A stretch of DNA of 64,000 nucleotides from Candidatus Marinacidobacterales bacterium (GCA_965226495.1 OZ245365.1:1984001-2048000), one strand, 5' to 3'. Positions 19,072 to 28,833 are shown, counted from the first letter of the stretch. Notes: generated by a model from the letters alone, not told the origin. Numbers and translations are program-made.

Positions 19072-20508
19072 ATGAGGACGACCTTCATTCTCCTCTTTCT
19101 CGCGATCCACACCCTTGCCATCGGGCAGGAAGAGTTTGAGGAGCTGTTCCGCCGGGCGGAGGAGCTTTCCGACCGGGGGCGGGACGTCGAGGCGCTCGAA
19201 GCTTTTCGTGCCGCGGCTCTCCTTTCGCCCGACAATCCCTACGTCCACTACAACATTGGTCGCTTGCTCCAAAGCTACGGGCTCCTATCCGAGGCGATCG
19301 TCTCCTATCAGCGTGCGGCCGGGCTTGCACCCGAAGAACGTTCCCTCCAATTCGCACTCGGCGAGACCCTTTATCGGGCGGGACGAAAGGGCGAAGCCAC
19401 GCAACAAGCGCTGGAGTTGGCGATCGCTCCGCCCGAGCCAATGCCGGAGGCGATACTCATTCTGGCCGCGATCTACGAGAGCGAGCAAGAGACAGATAAA
19501 GCTCTTACCACCCTGGCTCGATATCTCGAACTCCGTCCGGACGATGTGAAGGCTCGGCTTCTTCTGGGGGACCATCTCACCGCGGCGCGACGCCACACCG
19601 AGGCGGTCCAGGTATGGAAAGAGGGCTTGGATGAGGAAGAGCCGTCGCCCGAGCTTCTGAATCGGATCGGTCAGAGCTTGAGTCGGGAGCCAGAGAAGTA
19701 TCCGGAGGCGGAAACTTATCTCCGTCAGGCGCTCGACGCCGATCCCAAGCACCTGGACACTCAAGTGCTGCTCGGAAGGGTTCTAACGCGGCAAGGCAAG
19801 ACCGAGGAAGGGCTCGAATTGCTCGCCCGCGCCGCGGACGACCATCCTGATGCCCCCAATGTGTTCTATGTTCTGGCGACGCTCTACCAGCAGTTGGGGA
19901 AAGAAACCGAGGCACGAGAAGCCGGCGAGCGGTTTGAGGGGTTGACCAAGGAGGCTGAGGAGCGAGATCACCGCGACGCACGGATCAGGGTCGCTTTCAA
20001 GAGCGCTCGCGGGCTTCTTGCCGCCGGCAAGGTTGGTGAGGCGGTGAGTGGTTTCGAATCGGTCCTCCAGATCGATCCGGACAACGTCGAGGCGCGCTCG
20101 ATGTTGGCGAAGATCGCATGCTCGAAGGGAGACGTAGCGGACGCTCAGAAGTGGATCGCCGAGGCCCTCTCCAAGGACGAGTCGGTGGCCGAGTCCCATT
20201 ACTTGCAAGGGCTCTTCGCGACCAGAGCGGGAGATCCCACGAAAGCCGAGCCAGCGGTGCGCCGATCGCTCGAGCTGATGCCTGGGTTCGCGGACGCATG
20301 GATGCTACTAGGCTCCATCCTGGCCGACTCCGGCTGTCCAGCCGAGGCCGTGGATTGCTATCTCAAGGCGGCGGCACTCGAGCCCTCCAACCCGTCGGTA
20401 CGGCTCAACCTCGCCACGGCGTATCACGCTCTGGGTAGACTGCAGGAGGAAGAACAAGCCATCGAGCGCTATCGGGAGCTTACTTCGACTAGGAACGTGA
20501 ATCCATGA
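19072..20508 (+). CDS. Exported tetratricopeptide-repeat protein
   Basis: Signal peptide, then many 34-aa TPR-like helical repeats (LSPDNPYVHYNIG, LRPDDVKARLLLG, IDPDNVEARSMLA). Confidence 0.88.
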   Translation: MRTTFILLFLAIHTLAIGQEEFEELFRRAEELSDRGRDVEALEAFRAAALLSPDNPYVHYNIGRLLQSYGLLSEAIVSYQRAAGLAPEERSLQFALGETLYRAGRKGEATQQALELAIAPPEPMPEAILILAAIYESEQETDKALTTLARYLELRPDDVKARLLLGDHLTAARRHTEAVQVWKEGLDEEEPSPELLNRIGQSLSREPEKYPEAETYLRQALDADPKHLDTQVLLGRVLTRQGKTEEGLELLARAADDHPDAPNVFYVLATLYQQLGKETEAREAGERFEGLTKEAEERDHRDARIRVAFKSARGLLAAGKVGEAVSGFESVLQIDPDNVEARSMLAKIACSKGDVADAQKWIAEALSKDESVAESHYLQGLFATRAGDPTKAEPAVRRSLELMPGFADAWMLLGSILADSGCPAEAVDCYLKAAALEPSNPSVRLNLATAYHALGRLQEEEQAIERYRELTSTRNVNP

Positions 20509-22148
20509 GATTGGCCACAGGATTGCTGTTCTTGTTCTGGATGATTGCCGACGGAGATTTTTTCGTCGACGTGGCGAAAGAAAGTGGGATCGACTTCGTC
20601 CACTACAACGCGGTCACCACAGAGAAATACATGATCGAGTCGATCGGCTCGGGCGGCGGTTTTCTGGACTACGACGGCGACGGTGACGTCGACATCTACC
20701 TCCTCAATGGCTCTCCCTTGCCAGGTTCGGCGGAGACCAGCGAGCCCCCCACAAACGCTCTGTACCGCAACGACGGAGAAGGGAGGTTCACCGAAATCTC
20801 CGCGGCCGCCGGAGTCGACCACGCGGGATGGGGTATGGGAATGGCCGCGGCAGACGTCGACAACGATGGAGACGTCGACCTCTACGTGACGAATTTCGGT
20901 CGCAACGTCCTCTTTCGCAACAACGGCGACGGTACGTTCGTGGACGTCACCGACGAGGCCGGTGTGGCCGCGGGAGGCTGGAGCACGAGCGCGGCGTTCG
21001 GCGACATGGACGGCGATGGATTTGTCGATCTCTACTTGTGCCGCTACGTGGATTTTCGAATGGAGAACCACAAGTTCTGCGGAAATCTAGCCAAGGATCT
21101 GAAGGCCTATTGTCATCCCGATGTCTATGACGTGGAGCCGAGCATCCTGTTCCGTAACAACGCAGATGGAACCTTCTCCGACGTCACGAAGGAGGCGGGC
21201 GTCCACGTGGCCGACGATGGTAAGAGTCTCGGAGTCGTCTGGGGAGATTATGACAACGACGGGGATGCGGATATTTACGTGGCCAACGACTCCATGCGGA
21301 ACTTTCTCTTTCAGAACGACGGGAAGGGAAAGTTCGAGGACGTGACGCTTCTTGCCGGCGTCGGATATAGCGAGGATGGGCAAACGCAGGCGGGGATGGG
21401 CACCGACTTCGCCGACTACGACGGTGACGGTTGGCTGGATGTCATCTCGGTCCACCTGGACTTCGAGTACAACGCTTTGTACCGAGGGGGGCCCAGCGGT
21501 GTTTTCACCGACGTGTCCTACAACAGTGGTGTCGCGGAGCCCTCCCTCAATTTCGTGGGCTTCGGCGCCTTTTTTACCGACTACGACAACGACAGCTACA
21601 TCGATCTGTTCGTCGGCAATGGGCACATCATCGACAACATCCACCTCTTCAATAGCGTCTCCACCTACCGGGAGCGAAACTTCATGTTTCGCAACCAGGG
21701 GGACGGTGTGTTCGAGGAAATCGGTCTCCAGTTGGGCGAGGCGCTTGCCGTGGAGAATGTTGTGCGAGGGACGTCCGCCGCAGACTACGACCAGGACGGC
21801 GACGAGGATATTCTGGTCAACGTTTCCGGAGGTGCTCCCCAACTCCTTCGGAATGATGGCGGGAATCGCAATGGGTGGCTGGCCCTGCAACTGGTGGGCC
21901 GCGAGTCCAACCGGTCGGCGGTGGGCGCTCGCGTGATAGTCCGGGTCGGCGGGCGGACGCTCATCAAGGAGGTCAAGGCGGGGGTCAGTTTCCTCTCCCA
22001 AGGTGGGTTGGAACTGATATTCGGCCTCGGTGATGCGGCGGCCGCGGACAACGTGCAGATTCGTTGGCCTACTGGGGAATTGATGGATCTTGGGGCTGCA
22101 GCGAGCGGATCCCGCTTGACGGTGTTGGAGGGAGTTGGGGCCCTTTAA
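20505..22148 (+). CDS. CRTAC1-family protein (FG-GAP plus ASPIC/UnbV), second paralog
   Basis: DYDGDGDVDIY repeats, AGMGTD, SNRSAVGARV, SFLSQ...FGLG. Confidence 0.9.
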   Translation: MRLATGLLFLFWMIADGDFFVDVAKESGIDFVHYNAVTTEKYMIESIGSGGGFLDYDGDGDVDIYLLNGSPLPGSAETSEPPTNALYRNDGEGRFTEISAAAGVDHAGWGMGMAAADVDNDGDVDLYVTNFGRNVLFRNNGDGTFVDVTDEAGVAAGGWSTSAAFGDMDGDGFVDLYLCRYVDFRMENHKFCGNLAKDLKAYCHPDVYDVEPSILFRNNADGTFSDVTKEAGVHVADDGKSLGVVWGDYDNDGDADIYVANDSMRNFLFQNDGKGKFEDVTLLAGVGYSEDGQTQAGMGTDFADYDGDGWLDVISVHLDFEYNALYRGGPSGVFTDVSYNSGVAEPSLNFVGFGAFFTDYDNDSYIDLFVGNGHIIDNIHLFNSVSTYRERNFMFRNQGDGVFEEIGLQLGEALAVENVVRGTSAADYDQDGDEDILVNVSGGAPQLLRNDGGNRNGWLALQLVGRESNRSAVGARVIVRVGGRTLIKEVKAGVSFLSQGGLELIFGLGDAAAADNVQIRWPTGELMDLGAAASGSRLTVLEGVGAL

Positions 22149-22224
22149 CTCCGAAAACCCGCCGCCAAGGTCACCTGGCCGCCCTCCGGGCGCCGTTCGC
22201 GAACGTGCTAACATTAAGTTAGTT

Positions 22225-23136
22225 ATGGTCGATGAGCGCTCTCCTCCTCGAAATGCCGAGGATTTCCTGCGCCTCGAGTATCGGGCTCCTGGTTGGGAGT
22301 GGCGGCGTAGCCAACGCTCGCTGCTGTTTTCCTTCCTCATTCATGCCCTTTTCGTTCTAGGCTTTGCGGTTCCCTTCCTACTCGAGCTCATAAATGATAA
22401 GCCGGTTGCCAGCGTCGTCCTCGTTCGGTTTCATGATCCAGGGGAAGGAGACGGTGGGGGAGGCGGAGGCGGCGGGTTGGGAGGCCGCAAACCAACCGCC
22501 TTCATCCGGAATCAATCGAAGCCCGAGCCCGCGGAAGCACCCAAGACGCGTCAGGCCCCGATCGCCCCGCGTCGCATTCCGTCGATTCGTTTCGACAGTC
22601 TGACGGTGCCCGATCTACCCACCGAGACCGCTGCGTTCTTCGATAGGGTTTTCTCGCCCGATGCCCAGGACTTTCCGGGGCTTTCCCTGGAGGACTGGAC
22701 CGATTACGGCGGCCTGGATCCCGAGCCGAGCACCGGGGAAGGGGGCGGTATCGGCGGTGGAGAAGGTACCGGGCAAGGTGAAGGAACGGGTTGGGGTGTC
22801 GGCCCGGGAGAAGGGGGAGGTTTCGGCGGCGGGCGGTACAGCCCTGGGGGGTGGGACATAGATCCCATTCCCGTTTACGAACCTAGACCGGATTATCCTG
22901 CCCAGGCTTTGGAGAAGCTGATCCGTGGCGAAGTGATCTTGGAGATTCTTGTGCACAAGGACGGGTCCACGGAAGTCTTGCGCGTATTGAAGTCACTGCC
23001 TTTCGGTTGTGTGGATGCGGCTATCGAAGCGGCGGAGCGCTGGCGCTTCAAACCCGCGCTAAAGGAGGGTCGCTCGGTCGATGCGGTGGGTATCATTACT
23101 GTCGAGTTCGATCTGGCGACGAGGAAGCGAGGGTAG
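22225..23136 (+). CDS. tonB: Energy transducer TonB
   Basis: N-terminal TM with SFLIH, Gly/Pro-rich linker, C-terminal PDYP...GEVILE...AAERWRFKPA. Confidence 0.85.
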   Translation: MVDERSPPRNAEDFLRLEYRAPGWEWRRSQRSLLFSFLIHALFVLGFAVPFLLELINDKPVASVVLVRFHDPGEGDGGGGGGGGLGGRKPTAFIRNQSKPEPAEAPKTRQAPIAPRRIPSIRFDSLTVPDLPTETAAFFDRVFSPDAQDFPGLSLEDWTDYGGLDPEPSTGEGGGIGGGEGTGQGEGTGWGVGPGEGGGFGGGRYSPGGWDIDPIPVYEPRPDYPAQALEKLIRGEVILEILVHKDGSTEVLRVLKSLPFGCVDAAIEAAERWRFKPALKEGRSVDAVGIITVEFDLATRKRG

Positions 23137-23143
23137 AGGTTTC

Positions 23144-23656
23144 ATGGGGCTCGAAGTTCTTATTACGAAAGAGAAGATTGCCGAGCGCGTCAAAGAGCTG
23201 GGAAAGCAGATCAGCCGCGACTACGAGGGGAAGTCGGTGCACCTCGTGTGTGTGTTGAAAGGAGCCTATACCTTCTTGGCGGATCTCACGCGGGAGATGG
23301 ATATTTCGGTGACTATCGATTTCTTGGCGGTCTCGAGCTACAACGAGGGCACGAGCACCAGCGGGGAAGTGCGACTCACTAAGGATCTCGACAGCGGCCT
23401 GGAAGGGATGGACGTTATTATCGTGGAAGACATTGCCGATACCGGGCTGACCCTCCGTTATCTTTACAACATGCTCCAAAGACGGGGGCCCAACTCGCTG
23501 AAGGTCGTTTCCCTTCTCTCAAAGCCTTCACGGCGAGAAGTGGAGGTTCCGGTCGACTATGTGGGTTTCGAGATCCCGGATCGTTTCGTCGTGGGGTATG
23601 GCCTCGACGTGGACCAGAAGTACCGCAACCTTCCGTATATCGCCGTTGTCGACTAG
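23144..23656 (+). CDS. hpt: Hypoxanthine phosphoribosyltransferase (copy 2)
   Basis: CVLKGA, VIIVEDIADTGLTL, FVVGYGLD...YRNLPYI. Confidence 0.93.
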   Translation: MGLEVLITKEKIAERVKELGKQISRDYEGKSVHLVCVLKGAYTFLADLTREMDISVTIDFLAVSSYNEGTSTSGEVRLTKDLDSGLEGMDVIIVEDIADTGLTLRYLYNMLQRRGPNSLKVVSLLSKPSRREVEVPVDYVGFEIPDRFVVGYGLDVDQKYRNLPYIAVVD

Positions 23657-23668
23657 CAAACCGTAGCG

Positions 23669-24067
23669 CTACAAATTCCTTTTGTCGAAGGCGTGGGGCA
23701 GTAACTCCGCCAGTTGGAAGGTCCTCGTTTTCCCCTTGAGGTTGGCAAGGTGGACCTTGATATCCCCGCAGTACTCCCAAAGAAGTTGCCGGCAGGCGCC
23801 GCAGGGTGGCGTCAGTTTCTCGGCGCCGGTGACGACGGCGAGGGCCCGAAATTTCTTAACACCTTCCGATACCGCTTTTAGAAGCGCCACTCGCTCGGCA
23901 CAGACGCTCAAACCGTAAGAGGCGTTCTCTATATTGCACCCCGAATAGATTTTTCGTCCGTTCGTTTGTAGTGCCGCACCCACTTTGAAACCCGAATATC
24001 CAGCTTTCGCTCGGGTGCGCGCTTTGCGTGCGGAGCTTACGAGAGAACGCGCGGGTTCGCTGGCCAT
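23669..24067 (-). CDS. cdd: Cytidine deaminase (homotetrameric type)
   Basis: YSGFKVGAAL, GCNIENASYGLSVCAER, PCGACRQ. Confidence 0.93.
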   Translation of the reverse strand: MASEPARSLVSSARKARTRAKAGYSGFKVGAALQTNGRKIYSGCNIENASYGLSVCAERVALLKAVSEGVKKFRALAVVTGAEKLTPPCGACRQLLWEYCGDIKVHLANLKGKTRTFQLAELLPHAFDKRNL

Positions 24068-24090
24068 CGTCGTTCCTCCGTAGATGTGGT

Positions 24091-24924
24091 TCAGTCGAGC
24101 TTCGCGAGTCGAGGAATTAGTTCTTGGAGAAGCTCTGTAAAGACTCCTCGGACTCGCTCTCCGGTCTCCATGACCTCGCTGTGCACCAGCTTTTGAGGCA
24201 AGATGCCGGCCGCCATGTTGGTCATGCAGGATATCCCTAACACCTTCGTTCCCATTTGGTTGGCGGCGATCACTTCGAGCACGGTGGACATGCCGACCGC
24301 GTCGGCTCCCATGGCCCTGAGCATTCGGATCTCGGCCGGCGTCTCGTAGCTCGGACCGAGAAGTCCCGCGTAGACACCTTGCCGCAAGTTCAACCCGATC
24401 GCACGTCCGGCTGCGTCGCACATCGACCTCAGCTTGGCGTGATAGGCCTCGGTCAGGTCGATGAACCGCGGACCCAGTTCCGTCTCCTCCGGCCCGCTCA
24501 TGGGGTTCAGGCCGGTGAGGTTCAATTGATCGGAGATGATCATCAGGTCGCCCGGCTTGAAGGCAGTGTTGATCGCTCCTGCGGCATTTGTGACGACGAG
24601 AGTCTTGACGCCGAAAGAGGTGAGCACCCGCGCGGGAAAGGCGACCTCCTGCGCACTATACCCTTCGTACGCGTGAACTCGTCCGACCATGACCGCCAGC
24701 GGTACGTTGGCGTAGCGTCCGAACAGTAGGTGGCCGGCGTGCCCCTCGACCGTCGAGCAGGGAAAGTGGGGGATGTCCTGATAGGGAATCGTGTCCGCCT
24801 CTTGGAGCTCCTTCGCGAAGGCCCCGAGCCCAGAGCCCAACACCAAGGCAACCGTGGGTCGGAGTTGAGACTTGGTAGCGAGAAACGACGCAGCTTCCCT
24901 TACTTGGTCCGCAAGCTGTCCCAT
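24091..24924 (-). CDS. punA: Purine-nucleoside phosphorylase (trimeric PNP family)
   Basis: LGSGLG, GHAG, GRVHAYEG, TNAAG, GPSYETPAE, VGMSTVLE, TNMAAG. Confidence 0.92.
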   Translation of the reverse strand: MGQLADQVREAASFLATKSQLRPTVALVLGSGLGAFAKELQEADTIPYQDIPHFPCSTVEGHAGHLLFGRYANVPLAVMVGRVHAYEGYSAQEVAFPARVLTSFGVKTLVVTNAAGAINTAFKPGDLMIISDQLNLTGLNPMSGPEETELGPRFIDLTEAYHAKLRSMCDAAGRAIGLNLRQGVYAGLLGPSYETPAEIRMLRAMGADAVGMSTVLEVIAANQMGTKVLGISCMTNMAAGILPQKLVHSEVMETGERVRGVFTELLQELIPRLAKLD

Positions 24925-24932
24925 GACGTTGA

Positions 24933-26141
24933 CTACGGGTTCAGGAGGCCGGCGATGGTTGCGGTCATAAAAGTCGCCAGGGAGCCACCTAGCACTGCGC
25001 GAAGTCCCAGCTTGGCCAGATCGGACTTTCGCGTCGGCGCAAGTCCCCCGATTCCACCGAGCTGGATGCCGATGGAGCCGAGGTTGGCGAAACCGCATAG
25101 TGCGTAGGTTGCGATGAGCTCCGAGCGTGGCGCGAGCGCATTGGCTGCCTTGAGTGTGAGGAGATCGGCGTACGCTACGAATTCGTTCACGATGAGCTTC
25201 TTTCCGAACAAGCTGCCGACCTCATTGGCATCGGCCCACGGCACCCCCATCACGTATGCCAGAGGCGCGAAAATCCAGGCGAAGATCTGCTCGAGAGAGA
25301 GGCCGACGTACTGGAGTGGCCAGTTAACGAGCGCGACGAGCGATAGGAAAGCGATCAGCATCGCTCCCACGTTCAACGCCAGGTTGAGTCCGGCCCCCGC
25401 GCCCCGCGCCGCGGCATCAATAATGTTCACCTCCGTCCGTTCCACCTTGAGCTTCACCTCACCCTTGGTTAGTGGCGTACCCGTCTCCGGAACCAGAATC
25501 TTGGCCATAACGATCGCCGCCGGGGCATTCATGACGCTCGCCGCCAGCAGGAACTTGGTTTCGATCCCCATCGATATATAGGCTGCCATCATGCCTCCTG
25601 AGATGGTGGCCATGCCTCCTACCATCAAAGTGCAGAGCTCGGAGTACGTCATGCTTGCGATGTACGGCATGACCACCAACGGTGCCTCGGTCTGCCCCAT
25701 GAACACATTGGCCGCCGTGGAGAGTGATTCGGCGCCACTCGTCCCCATGGTGCGTGCCATGATCTTTGCCATGAACAGGACGAGCTTCTGCAGGATGCCC
25801 AGGTAATAGAGGACGCTAAAAAACGAAGATATATAAATAATGGTGGGCAGGGCCTTGAACGCGAAAATGAATCCCAGAGTTTCCTGGTTGGCGAGGGGTC
25901 CAAAGAGGAACGCCGCCCCGGCGTCGGCCTTCTCCAGGCCCGCCGTGACCCCCCTACTGATCCAGTCGAGGCCCTTCTCGCCCCAAGACCACTTCATGAC
26001 CATCAAGGCGAAGGCGAATTGAAGTATGAGGCCCCAGAGGATCAGCCGCGGGTTCACGTTCTTGCGGTCGGTTGAAAACGCGTAGGCGATACCGAGGATC
26101 ACGACCAGCCCCACGACTCCAATGAAACGGTCTATCATCAC
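24933..26141 (-). CDS. nupC: Concentrative nucleoside transporter (NupC/CNT family)
   Basis: NVFMGQTEAPL, GMATISG, KLIVNEFVAY, YALCGFANLGSIGI. Confidence 0.93.
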   Translation of the reverse strand: MMIDRFIGVVGLVVILGIAYAFSTDRKNVNPRLILWGLILQFAFALMVMKWSWGEKGLDWISRGVTAGLEKADAGAAFLFGPLANQETLGFIFAFKALPTIIYISSFFSVLYYLGILQKLVLFMAKIMARTMGTSGAESLSTAANVFMGQTEAPLVVMPYIASMTYSELCTLMVGGMATISGGMMAAYISMGIETKFLLAASVMNAPAAIVMAKILVPETGTPLTKGEVKLKVERTEVNIIDAAARGAGAGLNLALNVGAMLIAFLSLVALVNWPLQYVGLSLEQIFAWIFAPLAYVMGVPWADANEVGSLFGKKLIVNEFVAYADLLTLKAANALAPRSELIATYALCGFANLGSIGIQLGGIGGLAPTRKSDLAKLGLRAVLGGSLATFMTATIAGLLNP

Positions 26142-27457
26142 GTCTCCTTCGCCGGATCAAGGACTCTGTGTACAAGAGGAACAGGCGCCGGGGGCTCATC
26201 TTGAATGTGGTAAGCGCCGGCGAGCAACTGTTCGACTTCTTCCAACCGCCGGTTATCGTTGTAGTGAATCGTCACCAGGGTATCGCCTGCCGATAGGCGG
26301 TTCCCAATCTTGCTATTGACGACCAGTCCGACAGCGGGATCGATGATGCCGTCCACCGTCTCGCGTCCGGCTCCGAGCAACATGGCTGCGACTCCGAGTG
26401 ATTCGGTGTCGATGCGTCCCACGTATCCCGCCCTTGGACCCCGAACTTCTTTGCGGTGCGCCGCCTCCGGTAACTTGCCGGGGTCGTCGATAACGCTTGC
26501 ATCCCCGTCTTGAAGTCTCACAATTTCCGTGAATTTTTCGAGGCCCTCGCCCGAGGCGATCAGGTTGGCGGCCTTCGTTTTTCCTTCATCGACATCGCTT
26601 ACGACTCGGCCGAAGACTAGCATGTAGGCGGTGAGAAGCAAGGAAAGCTCCCTCAGATCCTCCGGGCCCTCGCCGCGGAGCACCGCGATCGATTCTTTCA
26701 CCTCGAGAGAGTTTCCTACGTGCGTTCCGAGCGGCTGATCCATATCGCTCACCACTGCCACCGATCGTTTGCCCATGCGGTGAGCGATCGATGCGATCAA
26801 GCCCCCGAGCTCAGTGGCGGAATTGATGTCCTTCATGAACGCTCCGCTACCGACTTTTACATCTAAGACGAGTCCGGTAATTCCTTCTGCCAGTTTCTTC
26901 GACAGGATGCTGCCTACGATCAACGGGACACTCTCTACCGTCCCGGTAACATCGCGAAGCGCGTATAGCTTTCGGTCGGCCGGTGCGATCTCTTTCGTTT
27001 GACCGATGAGCGCGCAACCGGCCTTGCCCAATACTTCTCGGAACCGAGTGAGGCTCAGACCGACGTCGAATCCCGGGATGGACTCCAGCTTATCGAGCGT
27101 GCCACCGGAATGACCGAGGCCGCGGCCGGAGATCATGGGAACCGTCACACCGGCCGCCGCCGCCAAGGGAACGATGATGAGCGACGTCTTGTCGCCCACG
27201 CCGCCGGTGCTGTGCTTGTCGATCTTCTCGCCGGGAATATCGGAGAGATCGAGGACCGAGCCGCTGTGAAGCATCTCTTCGGTGAGAGCCAGAGTTTCCT
27301 GTTCGGTCATGCCGACCAAAGTGACCGCCATCAAGAAGGCGGCAAGCTGGTAGTCGGGGATGGTTCCGTCGATGAGCCCCGCCATCAGAAATGCGATTTC
27401 TTGTCGGTCGAGCTCCGCTCGGTGTCGTTTGCGACGAATGATGTCGACGGCTCTCAC
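26138..27457 (-). CDS. pdp: Pyrimidine-nucleoside/thymidine phosphorylase
   Basis: DKHSTGGVGDK, SGRGLGHSGGTLDKLE, LYALRDVT, SILSKK. Confidence 0.95.
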   Translation of the reverse strand: MRAVDIIRRKRHRAELDRQEIAFLMAGLIDGTIPDYQLAAFLMAVTLVGMTEQETLALTEEMLHSGSVLDLSDIPGEKIDKHSTGGVGDKTSLIIVPLAAAAGVTVPMISGRGLGHSGGTLDKLESIPGFDVGLSLTRFREVLGKAGCALIGQTKEIAPADRKLYALRDVTGTVESVPLIVGSILSKKLAEGITGLVLDVKVGSGAFMKDINSATELGGLIASIAHRMGKRSVAVVSDMDQPLGTHVGNSLEVKESIAVLRGEGPEDLRELSLLLTAYMLVFGRVVSDVDEGKTKAANLIASGEGLEKFTEIVRLQDGDASVIDDPGKLPEAAHRKEVRGPRAGYVGRIDTESLGVAAMLLGAGRETVDGIIDPAVGLVVNSKIGNRLSAGDTLVTIHYNDNRRLEEVEQLLAGAYHIQDEPPAPVPLVHRVLDPAKET

Positions 27458-27480
27458 GATGAGTTGCGGGAATGAAATTT

Positions 27481-27515
27481 AGTTATCAGTTATCAGTTAT
27501 CAGTTATCAGTTATC
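27481..27515. repeat. Perfect heptamer tandem repeat (AGTTATC)x5
   Basis: Five exact copies between the pdp start codon and its putative promoter. Confidence 0.97.
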
Positions 27516-27542
27516 AATGAGGCTTGATGGGACACGGTCGCT

Positions 27543-27626
27543 ATCATGCCGCGGTGTGCCGGAGAGTGTCAACACGGTCGGTTAGTTACGCCATCGTTTG
27601 ACAGCGTCGCGGCGTGAGCCTACCAT
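27543..27626. promoter_or_regulatory. Divergent promoters for the pdp operon (-) and upp (+)
   Basis: Minus: TTGACA 27572-27567, 18 bp, CATGAT. Plus: TTGACA 27598-27603, 17 bp, TACCAT 27621-27626. Confidence 0.55.
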
Positions 27627-27651
27627 CGTCCTGGCGAACGGAGAACGTGAC

Positions 27652-28269
27652 ATGGCAGTGGTCAAGGTCGAACATCCTCTAATAGAAGATGTGCTCACGG
27701 TCCTTCGCGATTCTTCCACGACACACGAAGAATTTCGTCGACTAACCAGGAAGCTTAGCCGGCTGCTCGTCTTCGAAGCATCGCGGGACCTACCGTTACG
27801 AGAGGTCGACGTCGAGACACCCTTGGAGACGACGCGGGGCGGACGATTGGATACCGATATCGTCCTCGTACCTGTGCTCCGAGCGGGGATGGGGATGCTG
27901 GAAGCCCTACTCGAGTTGTTCCCGGGAGCTTCGGTCGGCTACGTGGGGTTGGAGCGTGACGAAGAGACGGCCGTCGCGCGCCGTTACTACCGGAAGCTTC
28001 CGAATCTTCCCGACCGGCAGGTGTTTCTTCTGGACCCGATGTTGGCCACCGGTGGCTCGGCTCTGGCTGCTATCGAGACGCTCCAAGAGCAGGGGGCACG
28101 GTCCATCCGGCTTCTGTGCGTGGTCGCGGCCCCGGAAGGGATAGCGCTCCTTACGAAACACTGCCCCGAGGTAGATATCTACTCCGCGGCGATCGATCGG
28201 CAACTCGACGAACGAAAGTACATCCTCCCCGGGCTCGGAGACTTCGGCGACCGACTCTTCGGAACGTGA
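27652..28269 (+). CDS. upp: Uracil phosphoribosyltransferase
   Basis: VPVLRAG, LDPMLATGGS, YILPGLGDFGDRLFGT. Confidence 0.96.
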   Translation: MAVVKVEHPLIEDVLTVLRDSSTTHEEFRRLTRKLSRLLVFEASRDLPLREVDVETPLETTRGGRLDTDIVLVPVLRAGMGMLEALLELFPGASVGYVGLERDEETAVARRYYRKLPNLPDRQVFLLDPMLATGGSALAAIETLQEQGARSIRLLCVVAAPEGIALLTKHCPEVDIYSAAIDRQLDERKYILPGLGDFGDRLFGT

Positions 28270-28367
28270 TCAGAAGCGTTCGACGATCGCTTGCCGAATC
28301 TGCGACCGACGTCACCGAGCTTCGCAACGGGTAGCCCGACAACAGCTTCAGACTCATCTCTGCTGTC

Positions 28368-28396
28368 TTGACGGAGTTCGAGTAATTCCATAGGAT
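28368..28396 (+). promoter_or_regulatory. Sigma70-type promoter
   Basis: TTGACG, 17 bp, TAGGAT. Confidence 0.5.
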
Positions 28397-28407
28397 AGGC
28401 TGCTCGC

Positions 28408-28806
28408 ATGCAGGAGAGAAGCGTCGGAACGACCCCAAGTGCCGCACCAGCCATGGCCACGTGTGTGGCCGGTTGGCTTGTTCCCGGCCTGGGCCATGTG
28501 ATGCTACGCCGATGGTGGCACGGGTTCATCTTCATGATGATCGTCACTACCATGTTCGGGCTCGGTCTCTACTTGGACGGAGAGCTTTTTCGTTTGGATG
28601 GAACCCGCCCGCTGACCCTTTTGGCCGGTCTTGCGGAGATGGGTGTGGGGTTGCCGTACTTCTCCGCCCGATTGCTGGAGTTGGGAGTGGGACAGGTAGA
28701 GTCCGTGACCTACGAATACGGCTATACTTTTTTGATCGTGGCTGGGCTTCTCAACATGCTCATTCTGTTGGACGCTTATGATATCGCGACCGGGCGAAAG
28801 AGCTAG
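28408..28806 (+). CDS. Conserved membrane protein (DUF6677-like)
   Basis: WLVPGLGH...YEYG..F..VAGLLN.L..LDAYDIA; 3-4 TM segments. Confidence 0.75.
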   Translation: MQERSVGTTPSAAPAMATCVAGWLVPGLGHVMLRRWWHGFIFMMIVTTMFGLGLYLDGELFRLDGTRPLTLLAGLAEMGVGLPYFSARLLELGVGQVESVTYEYGYTFLIVAGLLNMLILLDAYDIATGRKS

Positions 28807-28833
28807 ATTGGAGTCCTTGGAGCTCTTGGAGCA

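Noticed and set aside
21087-22340. 417-aa antisense ORF, and similar ones at 4564-5445, 9285-10340, 52950-53762 and 56112-57296
   Set aside because: Shadow frames opposite well-supported genes in GC-rich DNA, with no recognisable motifs.
23669-25098. Long N-terminal extensions on cdd and PNP in the ORF track (also mocA, bamA, fabZ, lolD, hbd)
   Set aside because: They come from upstream in-frame starts overlapping neighbouring genes or repeats. Conserved domains begin at the downstream starts used here.
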